A stretch of 64,000 bases of DNA from Octopus sinensis (lineage: Eukaryota): positions 16,120,001 to 16,184,000 of the forward strand of contig NC_043002.1 of assembly GCF_006345805.1 (NCBI RefSeq), given 5' to 3'. The notes beneath the pieces were generated by a model. The model had not been told where the DNA came from. It ran no database searches and was given only the letters and a program-made list of their open reading frames with translations. Below are positions 52,161 to 64,000 of this stretch, piece after piece (position 1 is the stretch's first letter; each line of letters opens with the position of its first letter). A program made the translations under genes and the position numbers.

Positions 52161-54660
52161 AGGACTGGGCAGCCAGAGATAATATGATTTATTTTTTCTT
52201 TTCCATCTCCACATATTCTGCAGTTACTTGCTATATTTCTTTTCATTACATGTGTTTGGTAATTTCTGGTGGGGAGGCTTTGGTCTTGTGCTGCGATTAA
52301 AAATCCCTCTGTTTCTGCTTGGAGTCCTGAGCGTCTCTACCGTTGCTGGGATTTTTCTTTGTCTATTTGGTTTGCGTTTAGTTTAGTCCAGTATTTACCA
52401 TGAAGGGGCATTTCTTGCCATCGTTTTATCATGGTTCGTTGCTGTTCTATTTTTAGTTTGGATTTCATTTGTTTTATAGCTTTTGTTGTTTCTTCTTCTT
52501 CTTCTTCTCTTCTCTTCTTCTTCTTCTTCTTCTTCTTCTTCTTCTTCTTCTTTCTTCTTCTTCTTCTTCTTCTTCATATTTATTAGGTGCTATGATTTCT
52601 TGTTTGTATTTGTCAGCTTCCTTAAATACTGAGAACAGTTTTTTGTTTTGCTCGTGTTTTGCCGCTATTTATATCAGTTTTCCTTCCTTCTGAAGTAGAT
52701 ATTTTTGCAGTCCTATGGTGGTTATTTTATAGTAGTTTTTCAGCTGTATAAGGCCTCAACCACTTTCTATACATTGTATATATATAGTCTTTCTATGTCA
52801 GATTTTGGGTAATGCATCCTAGATCCTGTCATTATTTTCTTGTTTTCCTCTCTATTTTAGTCAGTTCATTTAGTGTCCAGTTAAGGATATTGTAGCTGTA
52901 ACTTATAACTGGGACAGCTAAAGTGTTAATACCTATTATCTTGTTTTTAGCATTGAGCTCTGTTTTAGTATTGATCTAACTCGTCTATAATATTCTTTTT
53001 TTATTTTCTCTTTCATTTGTGTGTGTTGTATCATATCTAGTTCATGGATTGCTAAGTATTTGTAAGTTTGGCTTTGGTCTAATACTTTTATTTCATTGGT
53101 TTTATCTAGTGTGATGTTACTACTCTTAACTAGTTTTCCTCTTTTCAGGGTTACTTTGGCGCATTTTTCTAATCCAAATTTCATATCTATTTCTTTGGTA
53201 AATCCATGAACTGTCTTTAATAGTATTTCCAGCTGTTTGTCATTTGCAGCGTATAGTTTTAGGTCATCCATATATAGAAGGTGGCTGATCGTTTTGCCGT
53301 AACATTTATATCCGCATCCAGTTCTATTTAGCATATCAGATAGAAGTGACAGTGCCAAACAGAAAAGGAGTGGAGAGAGCGTGTCTCCCTGGAATATTCC
53401 TCTTCTAATGGGGATGTCTTTGGTTTTCATGAGTCCCTCTTTTGTTTGGAGCTCTAGCACTGTTTTCCATTTATTCATAGTGTCCTATGAATTTTATAAT
53501 TGTTGGTGCTACTTTGTTAATGGCTAGTGTTTTGAGGATCCATGTGTGGGGGATGCTATCAAACGCCTTTTTGTATTCGATCCAGGCCATACTGAGGCCT
53601 TTCTTCTTTCTGTGGCTGTCTTCAGTTATGACTTTATTAATCATTAGTTGATCTTTACAGCCATATGAGCCTTTGCGGCATCCTTTCTGCTCTTCTGGAA
53701 ACAGGTTGTTTTCGTCCAAGTGCTTGTTCAACCTTTGCGATATCACTGAAGTAAATGCCTTGTACATTGTAGGGAGAGAGGTTATTGGTCTGTAGTGTTC
53801 TGGTTTTGCCGTCTCATTTGATATGGGAATTTACATAGATTTCCCCTTCGTGAGCCATTCAGGCATTATCTCTGGCTCTGCTAGTATGTTGTTAAAGTTT
53901 TCAGCCAGCATTTTGTGCATTCCTGTTAGATATTTCAACCAGAAGTTGGAGATCTTGTCATGCCCAGGTGCCTTCCAGTTGCTTAGTCTTTGCAGTGCCT
54001 GGGTAACCTCTTCAGTTGTTAAGGGGAGCAAACAGATGCTGAGTTTGTTGTTTTAATACTCCTTTCTTTTGGTTGTTCGTTCGCCGACCATATTTCTCTC
54101 CAGAATTCTTCCACTTCTGCCGTTGGTGCTGCAGTCATTTCTATTTTATTTTTGCCAAGTTCTTGGTAGAATTTTTGGGGTTGGAGTTGAACTTTTTGTT
54201 TTGTTCAAAGAAGCGCTGGTGTTTCTCGTACCGGCGGATCCTTTGTGCTTTGGCAAGGATATCTTGCTTCAGCTTTTCTTTTATCTCAGGTAAATCTTTT
54301 TCTGTGAATTTATATTTGCGGAGTATTTTTGTTTTCTTTTTGTTGCTCAGTAGCGTTGATTGTCTATTGATTTCATTAAGAATCGACAGATCTTTTCTCA
54401 TTCTTTGTATTTTGTTTTGGATGTTATTTATCCACAGGGTTTGTTTGGGTGGTGGTACTCTTGTTTGGATGGGTTTGAGTGAGTATCCAGCTTCTTTTGT
54501 GGATGCAGTGGCTGCTGCGTATACTAAGTCATTTAGCTCAGTGATATCGCTTTTTGTTTCAGTGGCTATCAGTTCCGTGACGGCTAGGTTTATGCTGTTT
54601 ATAATTGGTGTTCTTGTTTCGTCTATTTTGATTTTTGGGAGGTATGGTCGGTGGTCCATT
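52161..54660 (-). mobile_element. R4/Dong subfamily 1, RT-containing body
   Basis: Collinear with about 43785-46211 and encodes MDHRPYLPKIK, GIFQGDTLSPLLF and HLLYMDDLKLY. It has a (GAA)n expansion at about 52490-52580. Confidence 0.92.
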
Positions 54661-54779
54661 TATTATATTATTATTATTATTATTATTATTATATTATTAT
54701 TATTATTATTATTATTATATTATTATTATTATTATTATCATCATCATCATCATTATTATTATTATTATTATTATTACTA

Positions 54780-55063
54780 TTTCCAGAGGTGAATTATTCA
54801 AACCCCCCAAATCCCTCTCAACACATGGCTATGATGCTGTCCGACTACTTCTGCTCATGATCAGAGATGCACATATCGTGAGCCACTAAGGGACATGCTC
54901 AACTGGTTACGGTCAAACAACTGACAAGCAAATATGTGGTATTGAGCAGAATATTTGCTGTAGCCCATCTTTTATACCAAGACAAAACAATGTACATGAG
55001 AACACTTCCAATCAGTTAAGGTCAGCAGCCATAAGAGCCACTGCCTGGTATTGCATCAGGGCA

Positions 55064-55122
<59 letters not shown>

Positions 55123-55547
55123 CATTATTATTATTATTATTATTATTGTTGTTGTTATTATCATTATTATTATTATTATTATTATTTATTATTATTATTA
55201 TTATTATTATCATTATTATTATTATCATCATCATCATTATTATTATTATTATTATTATTACTATTTCCAGAGGTGAATTATTCAAACCCCCCAAATCCTC
55301 TCAACACATGGCTATGATGCTGTCCGACTACTTCTGCTCATGATCAGAGATGGACATATCGTCATCCAATACGGGACATGCTCAACTGGTTAAGGTAAAA
55401 AAAACTGACAAGCAAATATGTGGTATTGAGCAGAATATTTGCTGTAGCCCATCTTTTATACCAAGACAAAACAATGTACATGATAACACTTCCAATCAGT
55501 TAAGGTCAGCAGCCATAAGAGCCACTGCCTGGTATTGCATCAGGGCA
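54780..55547 (-). mobile_element. Tandem pair of family-A half copies (period about 484 bp)
   Basis: 54780-55063 and 55264-55547 both match 1732-2017 with the same endpoints, separated by (ATT)n. Confidence 0.9.
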
Positions 55548-55600
<53 letters not shown>

Positions 55601-55658
55601 CATTATTATTATTATTATTATTGTTGTTGTTATTATCATTATTATTATTATTATTATA

Positions 55659-55717
<59 letters not shown>

Positions 55718-55775
55718 CATTATTATTATTATTATTATTGTTGTTGTTATTATCATTATTATTATTATTATTATA

Positions 55776-55809
<34 letters not shown>

Positions 55810-58015
55810 TATTATTATATTATTATTACTATTATTATCATCATTATTATAACAATGCAAGAAAGAATTTAATTCACTATCATCTTTTTATCTTATAATC
55901 TCTTGCTATATGGCTTGTAAATCTAGCATTAAGAAGGATGTCCTTGTTTGTAGGGAGAGATGCACTTAAGTTTATTATTCTTGTTATTTTTGTAAACCAT
56001 ACACTGTTACCGATGAGATTTGGTAATACATTATTGTAGATCTTTAACAAATAATTGTAGTATATATATAAGCAGATATCTAAGTAAATATATAAATGAC
56101 TGCTACTGGAGACTACTACATTTCGTAACACCTAAAACGATTATTTTCTTTTGAATTTCGATGAGTGGACCTGAAGATTAATACGAACTTCCGTTGCCAA
56201 CTTCACAAACACAAATATTATTCCTTTTCCAGAGTTTGAGATTGCAACGATAGACGAATAAATCTTTATTCGCAGTTAGCTTTCAAACATTTCTTCTTTC
56301 TTAATCACGTGTAGAACATTCTCTATCTGAGATATCAATTAATATATTCCAATTCATTCCGACAGAAAATTGAAAGGAAACAATAAGAAAAATACATAAA
56401 CAGAATCATATTAACTAACAAAAATTTTAAATAGAAAAATAACTGCATTCTAATTCAATTTTCTTACTTCTTAGTATCTGCTGTAAGCCAGGGGGCTTAG
56501 CAATTTACCTGCCAGCAAGAACTTAAACCGTATATCTTAACGAAATGAAATATCAGGCTGATTTAAAGTAATTTATCTTCGGTAAGATTCTGACTTCAAT
56601 AATAATTACAAATCAGTGAGAGTAACATCAACGTCGAAGTTTCCATTGTTACAAATTGATTCTTATTGCGATAATGCTACACACTTACGATACCACATAT
56701 GCATGCGGCCATCTTTCTCGCTCTCACTCTCACACACACACACACATATATATATATATGTATATGTATGTATGCGTGCATTTTTGTATATGTAAATCCA
56801 TACATATATATGCATATATGTATCTCTCTCGATGTATATATATATATATATATATACCATCCAGAAACAAATATATATATGTGTGTGTGTTTGTGAGCGT
56901 GTATAACTAATAATACGTACATATAAATGTATATATGTGTGTGCGTGTATATTTATATGAAAAGAGACAGACAGTCAGGCATAGACAGAGAAGAAAACGC
57001 TCATATATGAGGCATACATACAGACAAGACATATTATTTACGTCTCCGTATACATTTACAAATCTCTATGTGTAGTTGAGTGTATGTGTGTATTCAGGTA
57101 AGTATGCTTTTGCTTCTGTATTGAAGTATGTATTGTCAATCACTATAAACTATATAATGAATCACTATTACCTAGAGTAATGAAAACCAAAGATATACTG
57201 AGGGCAGATGGTGATAACTAACGTTCGAACAATGCAAGTGACTTTTTAGGGATATTAACTGAACAAAATACAGCTACGCGTATATCTAGAAATTACGTCA
57301 CTGATTAGAAATGAAGTAAGTATCATCCAATATGTGTTTCATAGCATAATATGTAGAAGGACGAGTGTGATTTCGACTACACTAATTTATGCAAATGAAT
57401 ATAATAGGGGAATACACTCTTGTTTATTTCGTATGCAGCACTCGAGTGAAAGGGGATTCGGGAAATGAGTTAATATTTTCAAAATAGGATTTGTATAGAA
57501 TGTGTTAGCCAGTTGGGACCTAGCCTTTCGGTCTTTCAGAAATTTAATTTCATCAGTGAAATCTAAGTGATTATTCAATTATTATAAATATTTACACACA
57601 AAAGCGGTATTAACTCCTTCAATTTAAAAGTACGCTAAATTAACTTTTTCGCCCCTCACACGATGCTGCCGAAATTTAAAGGCGTTCATTATAGAATGAA
57701 TATCTCGTTATATTTAAGGAACTGGCTATGCTACTGGTAAAAGACGAGACTAATATACATGATATTAGACAAGCATAATTGTAAAGATGACGCAATTTAC
57801 ATATACGCACAGTCAAAATTATATTTTAAGAATTCCCTTTTTTGTAATTTGATCATCACACTAGGTAAGAAAAATTACCATTCCGAAACAAAAATAGTGA
57901 AGACGAAATTAGCTCGACTTTGCATCTAATACCTCCGTCGAAAAGAATACTGGAACTGGATATTTTATGCTTGACTGCCAACCCTTTAATATGGAGATAT
58001 ACAGTAATATATGTA

Positions 58016-58063
<48 letters not shown>

Positions 58064-58324
58064 TGTATATATGAGCATGTGTATCAGTGTCCGTTATACA
58101 CATTTAGCGTAGTGTTACAGCAACATAGCTACCATATGTATCATACATATACCATATATATATATCACGTATCATATAGATCCCATATCATATTTGTCCG
58201 AGATAACATCACTTAAGTACGCATTACGTATCAAGACAATATATATATCGGAATTCATTTGACAGTGAATAGCAGGAACACCCGATATCTTTCAGCTGTG
58301 ATACGCTATGGCAATGGCATGTGT

Positions 58325-58467
58325 GCATACCCATGTGCCAACTTGATTACATCAGGGATACAGGCATCCAGCAAAAGGATATCCATAATGCTATGATGGA
58401 CCGTGAAGTCTGGTGTAACATAGTAAATTTCATTGTCTCGACCACAGTCGATGATGATGATGATGAT
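58325..58467 (+). mobile_element. RTE-like LINE 3' terminus with (GAT)n tail
   Basis: DYIRDTGIQQKDIHNAMMDREVWCNIV resembles the RDTG..AM.DR..W C-terminus of RTE elements; a short tandem tail follows. Confidence 0.6.
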
Positions 58468-58534
58468 GCCAGCACGAAATCTAAAATTTCTGCTATATCA
58501 ACATGCAATGTACAAAACAATCGCTGGTAATATA

Positions 58535-58950
58535 GGTGCAGGAGTGGCTGTGTGGTAAGTAGCTTGCTAACCAACCACATGGTTCCGGGTTCAGTCCCAC
58601 TTCGTGGCATCTTGGGCAAGTGTCTTCTGCTATAGCCCCGGGCCGACCAATGCCTTGTGAGTGGATTTGGTAGACGGAACTGAAAGAAGCCTGTCGTATT
58701 TATGTATATATATATATGTGTATGTGTGTGGGTTTGTGTTTGTGTGTTTTTGTGTTTGTCCCTTAGCATTTCTTGACAACCGATGCTGGTGTGTTTACGT
58801 TCCCGTCACTTAGCGGTTCGGTAAAAGAGACCGATAGAATAAGTACTGGGCTTACAAAAAATAAGTCCCGGGGTCGATTTGCTCGACTAAAGGCGGTGCT
58901 CCAGCATGGCCGCAGTCAAATGACTGAAACAAGTAAAAGAGTAAAAGAGA
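58535..58950 (+). mobile_element. SINE family 1, full length, least diverged
   Basis: A-box tggctgtgtggtaag, B-box ggttcagtccc, CORE-like centre, internal (TA)/(TG) and tail gtaaaagagtaaaagag. Confidence 0.9.
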
Positions 58951-59917
58951 ATACGACTATATGCCTAGCTGAAAACAAATCCTATGTACGATATAGGAAT
59001 AGTATTAAGTTATAGGAGACCAATGTGTACCATACTTTATACATATATCGTTTACAGAGAAGATACATCCGTATTGGAATCGTGCTGTGTCTTAAAACTT
59101 ATACATAGAAGCAGGAGGCAGAAATTTTCGAAACAACGGGCGTCTGGAACACTAGATGCATTTTGGTCTCAATGAACAAAATCGTGTATGCGCAATTACA
59201 AGTCTAAACGAAATATGTTGCCTCCAGATATGTCTGGTAGACTTCACTAGTAGCTGAATTTATCGAATCTGGGCATTTTAAGGCAAAGATAGCCATAGAA
59301 CGATCTGAACATAAAAGTTAAACTAACCAATATAAATCTTCACCCATGTTTTTATGCTGTAAATGACCCACCAGTTCGCAAACTAAAATATGTATGCGAA
59401 TACAGAGCAATATACTTTTAGTGCAGTCGCACTGAGAAAAGAAGCAATATTTTCGGAAATACAGGGAGTCTTCTTTCCAATATGCTGCCAGTTAATTTTG
59501 GCATCATTATTCGTGATTGAATATATGATAACGTCTGTGCATTTATGTGGCAGGCCAGGCTAATTCCTGTTAGCGCGTGTGTGCGTATTCCTGGGTGTGT
59601 GTTTGAATTACTCTATTCGTTGTTTTTATTCTCTTTCACTGGCTAAAAAGCAAAACTCCAGCAACAGAAGTGGCATGGAAGCAGCAAACAGACGAAACAG
59701 ACGATATAGCATACAATGACCACTAAAATCTAGGAGGAGAGTGCCAAATACAAAAACTGATCGATCGTACTTTATTTCTCCCAAACAATCTCCTGGCTGA
59801 CTCTACAACATGGCTTTCAAATCTCATATTTAAGACAAAGTGTCGGATTACACCTGTCTAGTGATTGATTAGTGCAGAGTTGAAAATGGCATCGGCTTGT
59901 ACTAGTAACACAGCAGC

Positions 59918-59971
<54 letters not shown>

Positions 59972-60336
59972 CAGTAGTAGTAGTAGTAGTAGTAGTAGAA
60001 AAGTTACTTTAAATCATACCAACAGACAGCAACAAATTATAGATTTATTGACCACGATAAATCTTGTGGAAATTGGCTCCCAGCAACAGCACCAAACGAA
60101 ATGGTTGTTGTTGTTGTTGTTGTTGTCTTTGTTCTTCTTCGTGAAGATCATGATGGGCAGGAGTATGAGGAGAGGAGAACGTTTTTGTTGTTGTTGATGA
60201 TAACGATGATGATAATGATAATGATGATGATGATGGTGGTGGTTGTGATGATGACGACGACGACAATGATGATGATGATCATGATGATGACGATGATGCT
60301 GCTGATGATGATGATGATGACGACGACGACGACGAC

Positions 60337-60368
<32 letters not shown>

Positions 60369-60432
60369 CGATGATGATGATGATGACGATGATGCTGCTG
60401 CTGATGATGATGATGACGACGACGACGACGAC

Positions 60433-60479
<47 letters not shown>

Positions 60480-60540
60480 CGATGATGACGATGACGACGA
60501 CGACGACGACGACGATGATGATGATGATGATGATGATCTC
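59918..60540. repeat. (AGT)n, (GTT)n and (GAT/GAC)n microsatellites
   Basis: Read directly; the source of the poly-S/M/I ORFs. Confidence 0.95.
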
Positions 60541-61600
60541 GATTCTGCTGCAGATAATGACGGCGATGTTGTTGGATGCGATGATAATGCGGATGACAAC
60601 AATGATATCCATGGCTACAACAACGCTATTAATAATAACGATTGTGCGTAAAAATTAAGTGCATTTACTGAAGGAATTTGTGTTTGCTAAATGCTTATAC
60701 AATACCAATATTGCATTACAATACACAAGAGTCTCCAACTCGAAAAGTTTCAGAAGGGTTTTTATTCATTTCTCTATCATGTTGGCCTATCTTTTCATCT
60801 TATACAATAGTATATTTGTAGCTTTGGCAAATTCATTTACCATAAGGTTTAGGTATTTACTTTCTCTCGGATATAGATTAGAGAAATTTTACAAATACGT
60901 TAATGATAAACTAGACAACATTTTAGAAGTGTATATTCTCATCTATCACCGATTTATTAATATGATGAATATATATTTATATAAATGTGTGGCTGTGTGT
61001 ATTTGTTCACATGTGTGTATGTGCATTAAAATTATTGTTGATGGTGTGTGTCCTTTTATTATATATGCGACAGGTTGCTGGGGATGTACGTTATTACCTC
61101 CATTATCATTGTCACTTGGCAATTTTAGTTATTACAAGCTGTCTGAAACAAGAAAATATATAGTTTCCGGGTAATAATGGTGAATGAATAAACTCTGCTC
61201 CAACAAAATAGAGGTTCACAAAGAAGAAATAGTTGTAATTGTAGTGCAATATTGTATTCAATTTTCGTCGAGTATTTGTTCACTAATAATTGTACTCATC
61301 TACATTAATACTGCTTCGGGCTAAATTTTCTTTTTCTTTCAGTACATAAATTGAAAAGAAAAATAATTGGTTCATGCGCAATCAGTTTAATACCTTGGTT
61401 AATTTGATTTTGAATTCTTTTGGATAGACTCGAAATGTTCTTTGCAAGAATGTTTAAAATACAACATAGAAAATGAATGAAACAATCTTCCAATTATATG
61501 CACTGAATACCATGTAGCACTGAACTGTATATGCACCAATGTACACAGGTATATTGTAAGGATTATATTATATAGAAAACGAAAGGTATTCGCGGTGCAC

Positions 61601-61787
61601 ACTCTTTTTTACTCTTTTACTTGTTTCAGTCATTTGACTGTGGCCATGATGGAGCACCGCCTTTAGTCGAAGAAATCGACCCCAAGACTTATTCTTTGTA
61701 ACTCTAGTACTTTTGCAGAACCGCTAAGTTATGGAGACGTAAACAAACCAGCATCGGTTGTCAAGCGATGTTGGGGAACGAACACAG

Positions 61788-61871
<84 letters not shown>

Positions 61872-62033
61872 GACGGGCGTCTTTCAGTTTCTCTCTACCA
61901 AAACCACTCACAAGGCTTTGGTCGGCCCGAAGTTATAGTAGAAGACACATGCCCAAGGTGCCACGCAGTGGGACTGGACCCGGAACCATGTGGTTAGTAT
62001 GCAAGCTACTTACCACGCAACCGCTCCTGCGCC
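61601..62033 (-). mobile_element. SINE family 1, full length
   Basis: Reverse complement of the 58535-58950 type, with internal (CA)n/(TA)n. Confidence 0.9.
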
Positions 62034-64000
62034 TTAAACTTTTTAACAAACAAATCGAATGCATGCCTAAGAATATTTTGTATTTTCTGTCATTTAATAG
62101 TATATAGTTAAACGAAAGCAACCCAGACGTCGATACCTAAGTAATCTCATCTATGTTCTAGAGTTAAGCAACTCTACATGCATGAGAGTATGTGTGTGTA
62201 TATTGAATATATATATATATATATTTACACACACACACACCATAATTTCACGTGATCAGAATTTAATTAAGCAATCAGCGTGAGACTGTAGTGTCATACG
62301 TTTTTACGAACTTAGTAGTTCTCTTTAAGACCTATTAATGCTTAATTAGACGAAAGGTGATGAAGATGGTTGAGCTATATGCCAGCCCGCTATTGCCACC
62401 TTAACAGTTATCGATATTTACGCAGGATAGTCTAATACTGCATTTTCGCTCAATGTCTCTGGTAGCTTCTGCGAATGTGCGTGCACATCATTTCTTTCTC
62501 TCCCAGTTGGCAATTATTAAAGTTCTTCATTGTAAATATATAACACCAAACATCTTGTCCGCCAATGCATATTTCAGTTAAATTTACGCGGGTTTTCTTC
62601 AGTTGTTATTCACATTGCCAAAGAACTATATCTTCATTTCGCCGCTACCCAAACTGCAGTTAAAACGACGATATAAAGGCCAGAAACAATAAAACACAAG
62701 AGAGCAAGTAGGAATTTGTAGCCATAAATTCATTTCCTTAATTGACGCTAATGGAAATTTATAGAATCGTTAGCACAAGAATATTCAGGCTGTAATTAGT
62801 ATTCATATAACACCAAGTTTTAATTATCCAATGTATGGATTTCTTTTGGCATTTAAACAGCAGTTTGAACAATAGCACTGAATCAGTGAAAGAAACATTG
62901 ACCAGTATCGAAGTCTGCTATAATATTTGACTCTGGTTTGTTACGGCTGGATGGTATTTAAAATAATTATTGCTTACATTAATCAAATGTTAGACAAATT
63001 TGTTTCATGATGACATAACTTCTTTTTTATATCTTCCTTCAAAACTTATATAGCACCAAATAATTTTTCATTATATATATTTTTTTCTTGTAAGGAATTA
63101 TATATAATCTACACCTGTGTGTTGTATATTTCTTTATTTTATTTTTCACAACACTCATTTCTTAGAGAGAGTTCTGTGAGCTTTAATGACAGAATGGAAA
63201 ACAAAACCGTGCTATGCTATTATTGTGTTTGATTGCCATGGTAATTATTTAGCATTTTATATCGTCTGGAATCGATCTGCTATATCAATTAAGGGGATCT
63301 GAAGCAATCAAAATCTACTTTACAAAGTTACTTTCTTCATTAGTAGTTATTTCATTCAATCGACAACGTTCTTCTTTTTTCCACCAATTCTAGACCATTT
63401 ATACTCTTCTCATATTCATTGGTCGCATTGCGTCTTGATATTCGAACACAAATTAATTAGATTTAGGAGAAACACTTTAGATTTCATTCCTCAGTAATTT
63501 CAACAAATGACACATGTGGCTGAATATCCAGCCGTGTTGGTAAATTGCTTTAAGTGTTCTCAGCAAATGACACTTAAATTTCATTCATGAGCGAATGATT
63601 GCAGTTCGATATGATTTCTTGCACTCAGTAGATAAAATGCCATGTTGATTGGAATCAAAAGTTAATTTTGATATCATTATACAAACATAAGCACACTTAA
63701 ATAGTAACAGCATATTCAGTACTAAAATAGTCATTGTAAAACGGAAAAGCAACATCTTATTTTAATTCACTCTTAGTTAATTGAAACCATCACTTTTCTA
63801 CAAAGATGTTTGAAAGAAAAACACCAGGCAAATTATATTAGAACAAATCTCTTTACCATGTCAACATATTTCCGAATTCATTTTCACCTGATCGTTCCTG
63901 GCAGAGTATGATATTAATCATTATATTTTTAATTTTTTAATTATTCCCGAAGGAAGATACGCAGAACCAATAACATAAAATGAATGAATATGACAGCTGA

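Noticed and set aside
54780-55547. CRISPR-like repeat-spacer appearance
   Set aside because: The context is eukaryotic, the units are ~285-bp repeat halves separated by microsatellite, and there are no cas genes.
57510-57560. Minus-strand CTGATGA..GAAA..GAAA as a hammerhead
   Set aside because: Stem II is weak AU-only and helix I cannot form.

Overview
This is an AT-rich eukaryotic window dominated by microsatellites and transposons. I could not support any host protein-coding exon, rRNA, intact tRNA or CRISPR array, so it looks intronic or intergenic. The repeat content suggests a coleoid cephalopod, most likely Octopus (inference, not verified): abundant tRNA-derived SINEs with internal (TA)n/(TG)n tracts, many R4/Dong-type LINEs in (AAT)n, and huge di- and trinucleotide tracts. 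Nearly all ORF-track entries are microsatellite artefacts or antisense shadows of LINEs. Recognisable elements are about 12 R4/Dong pieces from several subfamilies, a HERO/NeSL-like LINE, a CR1 3' end, two L1/Tx1 3' ends, an RTE 3' end, a mariner relic and at least three tRNA-SINE types. Main highlights: (1) a tRNA-headed, (AAT)n-containing short element carrying a type I hammerhead ribozyme motif, present as a head-to-head inverted pair at 1.2-2.5 kb; (2) two further unrelated hammerhead motifs, one at the tip of a long RNA rod just upstream of an R4/Dong 5' end; (3) a ~1.9-kb foldback palindrome whose right arm took two LINE insertions, with the empty sites readable in the left arm; (4) an inverted mariner fusion, a chimeric R4/Dong junction and a pre-miRNA-like hairpin. 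All calls were made by eye; no alignment or database search was run.
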